Of a DNA stretch of 64,000 bases, positions 12,836-25,900 are shown piece by piece. How positions within the stretch are numbered: the first letter of the stretch is position 1; each line of letters begins with the position of its first letter. Under the pieces are notes generated by a model, which saw nothing but the letters and a program-made list of their open reading frames with translations, searched no databases and was not told the origin of the DNA. A program made the translations under genes and the position numbers. The stretch spans positions 121,658,454-121,722,453 of the forward strand of contig NC_133619.1 in the NCBI RefSeq assembly GCF_048593235.1, read 5' to 3'. The DNA comes from Sminthopsis crassicaudata (Eukaryota).

Positions 12836-14270
12836 ACACTGTTGTCTTTCATTCTTGAAGAGGAACAAAATGGCATCATTATGTCAGAGTCAAGTTAGTG
12901 GTCCAACTATGGCTGATCAGATCAATATGAGCTCAGAATGCTCTGCCACATATCGAGCGCAAATAGTCCATATGAACAATTGGGATGATTTCTCTAATTT
13001 TGTGCATCTCATGCTTCTTCCAGGCTATTTCAATTCTATTTTGTTCATGGAGTCCAGCATCTTCTTTGATGAGGGCATGCCATGCTGGGCAGTTCTATGC
13101 CAGTGTTTCCCATGTCATACAATCAATTCTAAAGTTCTTAAGAGAGTCCTTGAGAGTGTCCTTGCATTGCTTTTTCTAATCACCACATGAGTGCTTGCCC
13201 TGTGAGAATTTTCCATAAAATGGTCTTTTTGGCAAGCATACATTTGGCATTCAAACAATGTGGTCAGCCCAAAGGAGTTGTGTTCTCTGCAGCAGTGTTT
13301 GAATTCTTGGCAGTTTAGTTTGTGAAAGGACCTCAGGAGAACTTCAGAATTTCCCTAAGACAATTAAAACAGAAGCAGTGAAGTTTCCAGGCACAGCACT
13401 GCTATGCTGTCCAGGTTTCACAGGCATACAACAATGAGGTCAGCACAAATGCTCTGTAGAGTTTTAGTTTGGTAGTCAGTCTAATAACTCTCCTCTCTCT
13501 GACTTTCCTTTGGAGCTTCCCAAACATTGAGGAAGCTCTGGCAATGCATATGCCTATCTGAATATGAACATTGGAAAGTATACTGCCAAGGTAAGTGAAC
13601 TTATCCACAGCATTCACAATTTCTTCATTTGCTGTAACCAATGGTTCCATATATAGATGATATGGTGCTATCTGATAAAGTACCTGTGTTTTCTTGTTAT
13701 TAATTGATAGGCTAAAATTAGCACAAGCAGCAGAGAATTTTTCCATCCTATGCTGCATCTTAGCTTCGGAGGCTCCATTGGATATATAATCAGCTGCAAG
13801 CAAAAAGCAAACTCTTCCTTAATTTGGTTTGTAGCCTTTTCAGGTTGAGGAATTTACTATTAGTTGACTTTGATACTATGTTTATTCTCATTGAAGGTGT
13901 TTGGCTGGCTGAAAACATGATATGAAAAAGATGGAAGCAAGCACACAGCTTTTTTTTTTTTACTCCATTGGTAACTAAAGTATTGTCCATCGTCCAAAAC
14001 CCAGGCAAGCATGCCATTTTGAAAATGATGTGCAATAGTGATCAACTTTTTTGGGCAACCAAATTTTGACATAATTATCCATAAATCCTCATGACTGAAA
14101 ATAAGAAAGCCTTAATCATATCTAAAAATGTTACGTGCAGACCTCTGTTCTGCTCCTGGCATTTCATCTGGAGTTGTTGGGCTGAGAAACAGTTGATAAT
14201 GATGTTTGCTGCTCAACAACTCCAGGAGAAATGCCAGGATTAGAAAAGAAGTCTGCACATAACATTTTCC
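12836..14270 (-). mobile_element. RTE-clade non-LTR retrotransposon: RT domain and C-terminal region, degraded, with a short inverted 5' segment
   Basis: Minus-strand translations QQLQMKCQEQNR, MSKFGCPKK, FSAACANFSLSINNKKTQV, VDKFTYLGS and LLYACETW are typical of RTE ORFs. A plus-strand copy of the FAAQQLQEKCQ segment lies at ~14195-14270. Confidence 0.92.
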
Positions 14271-15724
14271 CATAAAACACAGTTTTATTATCACTATATC
14301 ATGAAATGCCTGATTCTGGCTCATGTCATCTTTTTTTCCATTCCATGCCAATTATCTAGTACACTGATCCTGGATGTCCTATGTGGCACAGACATCTAGA
14401 CTAGATAGTATATCAAGAGCAAAAGGATACAAGTGTGACCGGAGGCTCTGAAAAGGGATATGATAGTCACAGAACATCAAGGTGTGGCAGCCTGGAGTCT
14501 AGTTGAAGGGATTGTAGGCAGCTCAGGATCAGACATCCAGTGTTATGCTGAAGGAAGACTGTGTGCTCCACCTCCATATTGATGCCTGAGATAAAGGCTC
14601 AGTTGTCCCACACTAGTTCCTGCTCTGGATAGCAGGCAAAAGGAGACACTGAAGTTTTTTGAGCAGAGGAATGACACATGTTTTAGAAATACTAGTTTGG
14701 TCAAGGATGCGTTGGAAGGAGGAAGAGACTGAAGGTAGGGACATTTCTTAGGTTTTTGATAATTAGGTAGGTGCTAATAAGAACTTGTTTCAGGACAGTG
14801 GTAGTAGGAACAGAGAGAAATTGATATTTGGGTTGTATCAGCATAGGCAAAATGGAGAATTGAGATAATTATATGGGTAATTCAGGTAAAAAACCTCTGT
14901 TTAGAATGAGATGTGTTTCTTTTCTTTAAAGCCTGAATAGCCTTCCTTGGTTGCCTAATGAATTGTACTCATTGCGTAATTACTCTACTTTCTGCTTTAC
15001 TCTTCTTGTACAGATAAATTCATAATGTATGATTTTCTGAAGTATAATAGCATAATGTTCTTCCTACCACCATGAAAATACTTAAGATCGGATTCCATTT
15101 TTTAAAAGGTTCCAATTAAATTCTATTTTAAAATGCTAGCTCTGAAAAGTTTTAAGGCACTTTCCAGTGACAAGCAAGTGGATTGATTGCCAGAATGTTA
15201 GGTTTGCATGAGATTCATTTGTTGTCAAATTAGCAGGTTTATAATTGCTATGTCACCATGCCATTTATTGCCTTAAAAGTTAGTCTATTTCCGTGGAGGG
15301 ACTGCAAGACATGTCCCAGGGATGCAGTCAGTCCTGTCAGTAGTTGCTCTCCAGGTGTGTGACACTCATCATGTATAATGGTTTTTGTATAATTGTTGAA
15401 TGTGGTGAACTAAAGAATCTGGGAAAGGAACTGTGTGCTATTTGAGCAGCAGTACTGTTTCTGCTAACACTTGGCCTAGAAGAAATTGCATAGAATGGGA
15501 AGAGGATTATATAGTTGAATCAAAGCATTAAAAAATTTTAACTTTTTTTTGAAAAGTTCAAGCTATAATAAAATCTCACTAATGTGTGTCAGTAAACAAA
15601 AGTCAGAATTTGCAGACTAAACTATTTTTAAAGAAGAAATGGACTATGTATAGAGAGAAATAACTAGGATGGGCGTGATAAGGGCTTTGAATCAAAATGC
15701 TAAGATTAACTGACATCCAGTGAG

Positions 15725-15930
15725 TAATAATAGCAACAATAATAAACTAACATTTATATAATTCTTACTGTGTTCCAGGCACCGTACTCAATGTGCTAAA
15801 TGCTTTACAATTATTATCTTATCTGACTCTCATAACAACTTTGGGAGATAGGTGCTGTTATTGCCATTTTACAGATGAGTAAAAAGAGAAACAGAGGTTA
15901 AGTGCCTTCCTAGGTTCACACAGTTAGGAA
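15725..15930 (-). mobile_element. MIR SINE
   Basis: aacatttatata...tgctttacaattattatc...ttttacagatgag...gttaagtgcc. Confidence 0.8.
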
Positions 15931-16169
15931 ATATCCCTTTCTATTGATTTACACTGTAATCATGCTACACGTCTCTGCTGGTCCCATGCTGTATGACATG
16001 ATCAGGCTTACTCCCTTATATAGTTTTAGTCTACAACATCTGACAGTTCTCATAGTAATACATTTCTTTGGTGACAACCTTTCTTTACTGTGAAGTCCCA
16101 TCCCTATTGCTATTCATCTCACATTACTGGTGATTTATTCTCTTTACCTAGAATAGTAACCTCTAGATG

Positions 16170-16530
16170 AACTTTCAAAGATGAACCTTGTCACCTTTAT
16201 TGATAGGGGTTGTCTATATATCTTGGATAATATGGATATATCCATATTAGAGAAATTTGATCTAATTTTTTTCGCAGTTGACATTTCCTCCTTTTATCCT
16301 ACTTAAGTTTACTTAATTTGTGCAAAAGTTTTTAAATTTCTTATAATTAAAATTATCCTTTTTTTTTGATAATTGCTCCTAATGTGGTTAAGAATTCATC
16401 CTCCTACCTATAGTAATGAAAGGTATATAATCTACTTCTCTTACTTTTTAATGCTTAGGTCAAATATTCATTTTTTAAAAAATTCATTGTGGAATATAGC
16501 AAAGGATGTTGATCTAAGTTCAATTTCTAT
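16170..16530 (-). mobile_element. Old L1 ORF2 fragment
   Basis: Antisense L1-like sequence (ataattaaaattatcc...ttaagaattcatcctcc...ttaggtcaaatattca). Confidence 0.6.
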
Positions 16531-17529
16531 TTCAACCTAGAAGACTTTTTAAACTAACCTGTTTTTGAAAATAAGACCAAGACAAGGTTTCTTTTGATCA
16601 AGACAATTAGAAAAAAGTTATTGAATTTCTAAGACTATACAAATCTGGTAGGCTGATTTAAGATTTGTGGACAGTCTAGGACACTGAGTAGGGAAAGCCT
16701 TGACAATGGATGGCTCCTGATTTTAAGAAGCTATGCCCAGTAGAGGCCTTGAAGGAAGCAGATATGTACATGAACCTCTGAAGGGAATAAAGTCCTTCTT
16801 ATTCTGACAGACTTTTGCAACCAAAGAAGTGAGGTCTCATGGTAGTAGTTCTAAATCAAGCTCTTGAAGTCCACTTAGTCTAAAAGCTGGGAGAATGAGG
16901 GTAGGATTACATCCAGAGACAACATGGCACTGAATGAACATGAGTTCCAAAGTTTCTGGGGACTAGCTTAACTGTACAAGGTCCAAATTCTAGAAGATTT
17001 TCCTCTTTAAGATCAGTGTAACTTGAGAAGTAAAGAGAGATATACTGGAGTTTGTGCTGAGCAAAGTAAGTTGTCAGTCAGTGATAGCCTCTTTTCATGG
17101 CTGGATTTGGTTTTCTTTGGCTTTCTTAACACTACTAGCTTTTTCATGTTTCACTTATAACAACATTTTCCATCTTTCTAACTCTTTCTTGTTTTCTCCA
17201 TTTTTGTTGTAATTCTTGTCTCTGACTTTGGAATTTGAAGTTTGAGTTTGTATTTGATTTGCTGCTTAATGGCCTCGGGGATTCATGACTCATCTTGCAG
17301 GTAAACTTGAGAGAAGAAATCTCAGGTATTGCCTGAGATGCATCTATTATTAATAGACTTTTCACCATTGAGCCTTTGGATATTATTTGTGCCTAGGATT
17401 TTGGGTAGTATAGCACCATCTGGAATACTTCCCTAGGGTCAGGCATGATAGAAAGGAACACAAAAATCAAGGTACTGGGAAAGCTTACAGCAGCTGAAAT
17501 ATTTTCTGAAGCTATCTTTCCCAAGTCCC

Positions 17530-17792
17530 TTAGGGAGAACTTTCTCTTTCATCTCATTGCCATTCCTTGCCTCCCTTCTGTATTATCACTTCTCTCATTC
17601 CTCCTACTTTATCTTTTTTTCTCTTTCTTCTCTCTCACTCTATTAATTTCTCTATTCTCTTTCCCATTCTATTATCCTTCCTCCTCAACCTTTCCACTTT
17701 TCTCCCTTTCCATCTTTCCCCTTTTCCTTACTTCTTCCTATCTCCCCTTTCTAACTCTTCCTTCTGTTCCATCTCTCTTTATCTCCTTTCAG
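17530..17792. repeat. CT-rich low-complexity (polypyrimidine) tract
   Basis: Direct sequence. It accounts for the F/S/L-rich ORFs at 17445 and 17567. Confidence 0.9.
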
Positions 17793-17991
17793 CACAACTG
17801 CTTGGTAAAACTGTCCAAAACATCTTGGTAAACATCACCAAAGAAGCCTTGCTTCTTCCAGTTATTATCTCCGGTATACAGGAATCTTCAGAGTGGAAGA
17901 CAGAGTATAAAATCCTCCTCAGCTCTACCAATAGCAGCTATAGCAACCCCAACTCCATACCTCAATACCCTCCTTCTTTACTGTGCTTAAG
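17793..17991 (+). other. Candidate 199-nt exon (unverified)
   Basis: Long pyrimidine tract ending ctttcAG, donor AG|gtaagt, one frame open throughout. The product is not recognised. Confidence 0.3.
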
Positions 17992-19394
17992 GTAAGTTTG
18001 GTAAGATTGGTATAAGCATTGTAAAAGATAGTGGCCAGAAATTCTTCTGAGGTCCTAGGAATTAGGAGAAACTGGTAATAGTGCTTGCTGAGTGGGCAAT
18101 CACAACTGCCAATCAACTTATCATAGTTTTGAGCCTCATCTTCTTGCTCAGGAGCAAGTACTTGTTACCAAGCCTCTGTCTTATTTAGAATTAGAAAGTT
18201 CTGACAACACCTAGGGAAACCATGACCCTAAAACCTCTTTCAGGGTAGGAAAGAAGTTTTGTCCTAAAATTACACAAGAATAATGTGGATTCAAGTTGAC
18301 TTGATTTTCTCTCTGTCCAACATTTTTTGAAGGTTTCCTGCTGAAGAAAGTGATGTGTGGTGGCAAAGAACAAAAACTGTATAGGGGGAGCCATGTTGAA
18401 CCCTCCATTTCAATCCTTCCTTCTTATCCTTGTCTTGATTAAAATGTTATTTGACTAGCAGCAAGCTATAGGCTTTGAACTATCTTTTTGTTATGCAGCA
18501 CGGAAAGCATTAATCCTGGACCATATCCAACATGATGAAAAAATGATTCAAGATCAATATGTTTTTTGGCCAATAAAGGAGAATTATGGCAATAGACTTT
18601 TTATAGCCTGATGAAATAAGATTCACTTAAACAGTACCAGGGGATGACAGAAGTACCATTAAAAAGGATCTATGATGAATATATCCTGTGACTTTTTGTA
18701 TAACCTGACCTCTGACTTGGGATCCTGAAAGATTAGAGGAATCGATACTGACTGTAGTTTCTGGGGTGAGAGACCATATGATAGAATTAAAAGAACTCTG
18801 TATTTGGAGTCTAAAGCCAGATTGAATTGTTGTTGCTTAATCTTGGAGAAGTTACTTTTCCTCTACTAGTAACAGTAAAATCAGGAATAAGATGGAACAA
18901 GCTCAAACTAGCTTGTTTGAACTGATTATTAAAAATTTTAGTATGATCCTTTGCCCCTCAGAAATCTCCAAATGCTGCATATCAAGATTTTATTTATTGT
19001 TTTGTTGATGTTTAGAGTTAAAAAATGATGCAGACAAATTTAACATTTTAAATTTAATTTCAAAATCTGTAATGTATACATTCTCCTTCTCAAGAGAGCT
19101 GATTGTTAAACCAATGGTTACCAGCACACTCTTATGTAAAATGAAAGGGGTTATATCCAATCTGTGCAATTCCTCAGAGCTCTAGCTCCTATAAGGTGTC
19201 ATAATGGAGTTTGAATCTTCAGTTAATTATCTCATTAAGGAAAGTTAGGTTCATAGAGTTAGTGCTTTGTGAGACAGAAGATCTATAGAAATTGTAACAA
19301 GACTTTTTTCATCAATTTCCCAGTCAAGGAAAAAGATCAATCCTATATTTATATCTCCAGTACTTAGCACAGTACTTTGAAAATAGTAAGCATT

Positions 19395-19600
19395 TACACG
19401 GGTAACTTACTAGTGCAGATAGAATACTGGGCCTGGAGTGAGGAAGATTTATCTTCCTGACTTCAAATCTGGCCTCAGACACTTAGCTGTATGACCCTGG
19501 ACAAATCACTAAGCCCTGTTTGCCTCAATTTTCTCATCTGTAAAATAAGCTGAAAAAGGAAGTGGCTAACTACTCTAGTATCTTTGCTAAGAAAACCCCA
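19395..19600 (+). mobile_element. MIR/Mar1-type SINE
   Basis: tagtgcagatagaatactgggcctggagtg...ttcaaatctggcctcagacac...tttgctaagaaaacccca. Confidence 0.85.
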
Positions 19601-20012
19601 AATGATGAAAAGCTATTCATGTTCAAAGAAAAAACTTGTGTCAATACAGATTAAAGCATGCTTTTTTAAAACTTAATTTTTCTTTAGTTTTTTTGAGGGG
19701 GTGAGGTGGGGAAGATCTGTTTTCTTTTGCAATATGACTTTTGTGGAAAAGTTTTGCATAACTTTATATGTGCTTTCTCAATGTGAGGGTGAAGGGAGGA
19801 AGAGAAAGAATCTGAAACTCAAAAAAACCTTTTACATCTAATTGGAAAAATCATATATATTATATATATACATATACATATATATATGTATATGTATATA
19901 TATATGAGCCCATACACCTCCCCCCCAAAAAATAAAAGCAAAACAAAGAAAATCCTAAATAGATGTCATGAAGAGTTGGGCAAGATTGAAAAATGAGTGA
20001 ACAAGCACTTAA

Positions 20013-20173
20013 TTTATTTTATTTTATTTTATTTTTTACTGAGGCAATCAGGATTAAGTGACTTGCCCAGAGTCACACAGGTAGGAAGTGTTAAGTTTCT
20101 GAGGCCAGATTTGAACTCAGGTCCTCCTGACTTCAGAGTTGGTACTCTATCCACTGTGCCACCTAGCTGCCCC
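20013..20173 (-). mobile_element. WSINE1-like SINE with 7-bp TSD
   Basis: Full reversed SINE with (TTTTA)n tail. CACTTAA at 20006-20012 and 20174-20180. Confidence 0.92.
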
Positions 20174-22309
20174 CACTTAAATATTTGTTGACTGTGGGCT
20201 GATTATTTTTTTCTTTAAGGACCAGTTCAAGTCCTATCTCCATCAAGGATTTTTCTTGACTGCCTGAGGGGAGGAGGGGAACAGTAATCTTTCACTCACC
20301 TGGATTAATGTGTAAATAGCTTCTTGCAGAAATGAGAGCTATGTGTCTTGTCTTCTCTATATTCTCTACAGCATCTAGTATAGTGAACATAATAGACACT
20401 CAATAAATATTTATTGTTTGATTTGAATGAATACATATTCATTGAATTTTGTGAGGTCATAAAGGCAAGTGTTTTCATATAATGGATTTCATGTTATATA
20501 TAAAACATAACCCAACTGATTTTAGAATATGTTTTCACAGAACTGTTCACCTTGAGACCACACTGCCAATCAATATAAAGATTCTTATGTGTAGAGTGAA
20601 TGATGATATTGTATCATGTTCCCTCAAGATGCGTTCTCTTTACTTCAAGTGACTGAGTAAAGAGTGACTGACTGAGAGACGGAGAGAAGTGACTTTATGT
20701 ATCAATCAGATAACGGCAACAATCCGTGTGGAGTAAGGGCAAGGTGGGAAGAAGCATGGCTTATGTGAGGCTTGCCTTCATTGTGTTACCATTGGATTGT
20801 TCTCCAAGATAAATCCATGCCTATCCAATCTCCATGCCTTATCCAAAGTAGACCAAAACATAGATTAAGATAAGAAGATTTTAAAATCTAATGTGCTTTT
20901 TGCCTATCTTGTCCACTGGAAAGCTTTGGGTTATTTTTTATCATCTTGTTTATGGAATGATATTATGCCATAACTTAGGAGCCCTTTGCACTCTAAGAGT
21001 GAGAATCATTATCAGAGCACAGTTTCTAAAACTAAGGAAGCGTTACAGGTCGTTTATTGATATAGAAGTCCCCTTCTATAGTAAAGCTTCTTCTACCTTA
21101 CATGAATCCTTCAGATTCTTTGCAGACCTATGATCACCAGAAAAATTCCCTCTCCTCTATCTTATATGGACATTTCCCCATCTTATCAGTTACCACTACT
21201 GAAGTAGGTACAGGAGGACTGCCTGGACTAATTCAATGGGCTGGGTGTGATTCCTGGAAGAGATAAAGTCACCATCAAAATAGACCATGGCCTGGATCCC
21301 TGAAAAACTTTTAGAGGAGGTACAGAAGCAATTTGGTTTTCATTGTTGGTATGGAGAGGTTTTTTTTTCTTTTCCCAATCATCACTTTCCTATTTCTGGA
21401 TCAGATTTGTACCCCCAAAAGTCCAGTTCAGCCATAATTATCACCAAATGATATATCAAAGGTAGGATGTACCATTTTTTTTTTTCATTTTTAGTATGGA
21501 GCATTTTCTTTCAATCACCTTATTTCTGGATCAGATACATATCCCTCCATCCAAAGTCCACTAGTAGTTATCACTAAATGGTCTATCAAGAGCAGTATAT
21601 ACAATCCTGGATTCAGGGCTCTGTGATAATGACATAGCTGCAACTCCTCATTTTTATTCCTAGCAAATAATTCTGGGTGACCTATTGGAGAAAGTAGGAG
21701 AACACATAAATAACCTTTTCTGCAAGTTCTTTCTTCAGAAATGACTAAGGAGTCATCTTTCAGTGAATGGATCTGCCAGGCCAGAATTTATGCTCTAGGA
21801 TTTAAGATAATTGAAGTTCATACATATTATATGACCAAGATGAATTGATTTCTATGCCATAACATTACATGTGTTGAAGCTTTACCTATATTATAAAATG
21901 TGTTTCCTGAGGATCTTAGCAGTCAAAGGTTTTAGGACCCAAATACTGTTTGCATAGTATCTCACACATAGAAGTCCCTCAAAAAGGATATGAATTAATG
22001 AATCATTATGAAATCCCTCACCTTACATAATTTAGGTTTTAAAATATTGAGTTACATTGGATTTCAAGGCACATATAACAGGTAAACCCTGATGAAAAGA
22101 TCTAGAAATGACAAATTTAAAAATGTAAAAGATTCACAATGATGGTCTAAAATGTTCATCATTCTGTGATATGGTCTATTAAAGCAAAGGGAAAGTAATT
22201 AACAATTTTTATTTATTTTATTTTTAATTTATTGAATAAAATAAGCATAGGCACAGTATAATAAAAAAAAATCATTGCATATAAAATTGCAAATCTACCA
22301 AATACAATT

Positions 22310-22900
22310 CACTTGGGATGTTATGAAGTGAAAGAGGAAAATGTTCATTCCAGATGTAGCAAAACATTTATACTAAGTTGCAAGTATATGAGATGAAATG
22401 GAATAAAGGGAACAATTTGCAGGTCACTTTGAATAAATTGGAGAGTATATGAAGGGGAATAATATAAAATAAGCTGGAAATATAAGAGGGATCCAGATTG
22501 TAGATGGCTTTAAATGTCTGGATGAATAGTTTACATATTATTTTATTCTTAGAAGTAATAGGGAGACATTGACATAATCAGTTCTACGTTTAAAAATTTC
22601 AATTGTGCAGCTATGTGGGAGAAAAATAGACATAGACATACTGTGGGCTGGGAGACCAATTAGAAGGCCATATTTCAATAGTCTGGGTGGAAGAGGTTGA
22701 GAACCTGAACTAGCATAGAGTATCTATGTGAGTGGCAAAGGGAAAATGGATGAATGAGAGGTTGCAGTAGTAAGATTAATAATATTTGGTAAGTAATAGG
22801 ATATAGGACTGAGGGAGACAGAAAAGTAAAGATGAATCCAATATTGCAAACTGCGATGACTAGAAGAATTCCCCTAAACAGGAAAAAAGAAATTTGGAAG
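22310..22900 (-). mobile_element. L2 LINE fragment
   Basis: Purine-rich antisense L2-like text (ccagattgtagatggctttaaatg...gggagaccaattagaaggc). Confidence 0.65.
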
Positions 22901-25900
22901 AGTGTTGGTGTTCATGGCAAAATCTAATTAAGGTTAGTCTGTTAATTCAGATTTAAGATTAGGGTGAAATTAGAAACATGTAGACAATATATTTTACAAA
23001 AGAAGTTTACTTAATAATAGAATGGGAAGAATATTCAATAAGTTGGATGCAGCTCTCCCCCCACTTCTATTCTAGTTCCTTATAGTTATTAAATTGTGTT
23101 GACTTTCACATCATTAAGAAGTCCATCAAGCTTGAGGAGCTTGAATAACTTGGTTATGAGTTTATACCTTAGGTAAATGTAAATTTACATCAGTTATTTA
23201 AGTCTAAGTATGTTGGACCAATCAAGTCTCAAGGATATTTTCATTGCCTTTTAAAGATACTGGAACATTTGTGGTAAATTTTTAACAGCTCAGTGTGGTC
23301 TACTATCATTGTTCCCATCTAGATTATTAGAACAAGTCATTCCTACTGCAGCTAGGTTAGAGGGAACACACAATAAATTTAGCTTTGTACATGTTGCATT
23401 TGAGATGCCTACTGCCACTGCCACAATCAAGCTGTTAAGTCCAATGAGTAGCTGGTAATATGGAGCTGGACTTCAGGAGATAAAGCTATCCTATACCTAA
23501 TCCATAGAGAACAGAAGTTGCTGATCATTCATAAAGTTTGTCAAGATAGTTTATTTATAGATAGCATTATTCCAATTACATTAAGCTCTGGAACACTACC
23601 AAGTCACCTCACTGAAATCTCTAATTGTTTATAATAGTTCAGTTGATCCACAATCAGAAAAACAAAGTTGACAAAAATTATATATTACCCAAATTGCAGT
23701 TTTAACTATATGGATAACCCATATATCCATCATCTATGCATGCATCTATCTATTCATTCATGTTTCTGTCTATCTGTCTGTCTCCCCACCCTCATTCCCC
23801 ATCTATCTATCTCCCTATCTCTTGATCAGTACCTCAGATGGACGGTGATCTATGCCCTGAGTTAAGTTCTCAGAGAAAATTGTGTATTGCATTTGAGAAA
23901 AAATTCAGGGCTTATAATTATTAATCTATTTTGCTATAAAAACCTATTTCTTTTTAGATTCACTATTCTCCCAGTCATGTTAAATGCTTACACATTGCAA
24001 ATTATAAATTATCTAAAGTCAACGAAAAGGTGCATGTAAGCAGACTGTGATATCTTACCAACAACAAAATGAACAAAAATTGGAAGAAAGAACATCAAAG
24101 CTATGTATGACTGGAAAAGGAAGATCAGTCAAGTGGCAAACTTTGATACAATGGCTGGTTAGCCAAATATTGCAATATACCATCACTGTTAAGATATTAA
24201 ATAACTAGGGAAAAATTATCTAGCTTTTTTAGGTGGATCTTTTATGTTGAATATGTTGGAAGACAGGCAAGAATTATTCAGAACAGAAGTCATGGAGTAA
24301 TTGCCATTTCCCTTTAAGAAACAGAACTCATAGAAATGTCATCATACCATTACCTGAACACTTTAAGTAAATGTTTATTATACAACCTTGTGTTTTTTAA
24401 ATCTCTAGATCCCAAACAATAGATATCAGAACTGGGATAGGAATAGAGATAATTGTTAAATGATGTTTTTGTTTTTTTTTTTAAATAAAGAAATAAAGCT
24501 TAAGAAAATGTGAGGATTCTTGGTGAAGAGAGAAAAAAAAAGCTTTTGTCTCTCTTAAGTGGCATTTACAGAGTTCCATTTATGGAGCTATTGATTTTAA
24601 ATGTCTTAAGATTGTTTATTTACTAAGCAACACAAAGTTATTTAATTATAAATTTCACACCCAGTGTGTGCAATTATTAGTAGCTGACACTGGAATGTAA
24701 TAGGAAAGAATTTGTTTATCCTGAAACATTATTTCTTGGCTAGAGCTTCTTTCTTCATTATATATACACTTAGATTTTTTCCAGTAGTGACCTTAATTAC
24801 ACATGTAAAATGATGATGTCATGAAAATATTTTTATTAATGGTACTCTTTTTAGATTACTTATAGAGGGTTTATAGTAATAGGCATTCTCCGCACTCAAG
24901 AAGATTACAATATAAATTCAGGCTTACTTGGGGAAAGAAAAAAAAAAAAAACAACCTAGGGAGTTGGCCTTAAAATATCAAAAGAAACATCACAGAAATG
25001 ATAGTATAAAACTATCCTTAAATGTTATTAAGGGCAGAGCAAGAGAACTTGAGTTGAAAGTTTGCATCAAGAATAGATTCTTTCTCTATTGTTATATTCT
25101 GCTGTCCAAGAATCTTAAAGAATAGAAACATGTGGCTGGATCACAAACTATACAATTAGAGCGAGTAAACATATCAATAAGACAAGTCATCCATGACAAT
25201 ATAGAGCTTGAAGCACTTGAAGCACATATCTGAACCCAGCCAAGCAAGTCAATAACTATAACCTGTTTCAGGGGGAGGTTTGCCTAAGAATACCAAATAT
25301 TACTTAGGGAATGGGTTTCCTTATCTTTGCTTTCAGGTGCAAAAAAAATAATCAGGCAGGAAAGCCAGTAAGCAAGTCTCTACTCTGGGGTCCTTTCCTT
25401 TTTAGGAAGCACCATTGTAGGCATACAAATTATTAAAGTTATTAAGATAAAAATGAAAAATATCAGAATAAAACAAAATAATTGTGAACGACCTGTAAGC
25501 TAAATGAATGCTGCCGCCCCTCATCCCTTTTTTGTTTTGGAATATATTGTATAGGATATTGGAATATTTGAATCGAACTTGCAAATTGACCTAAATAATG
25601 TGAAGACAGCTAGTGGTGAAAGAGGAAGTAGCTTCTGATTTTAAGCTGAGTTGGATGGTTGCTAATTTTGTATTTAGTAAGCTAACTTGTTGTTGGGGAA
25701 AGTGAGATGGGAAGTATTCAGAAGCATCTCTACTTCTAGTTTCTTCAGGAGAGTGGCTAGGATTTGTCCTGGTTATTTTAATTCAGCCTCTTCCTCAGGC
25801 TCCAACTGTACAGAACAAAAACAAACAAACAAACAAAAAACATCTTACATTTCAGGGGAACTCTGACTGAAATGGACTGGAATTTGACCCCAACAAGCTC

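Noticed and set aside
17445-17831. 128-aa hydrophobic ORF resembling a membrane protein
   Set aside because: It comes from the CT-rich low-complexity tract, which lacks stop codons.
17780-17960. Minus-frame GFFGDVY (kinase Gly-loop-like) and GVGVAIAAIG (fusion-peptide-like) words
   Set aside because: Isolated words separated by stops, with no flanking domain motifs.
18530-18612. Box C (ATGATGA) to box D (CTGA) spacing like a C/D snoRNA, also at ~20600-20680
   Set aside because: No terminal stem, and both motifs are common in AT-rich DNA.
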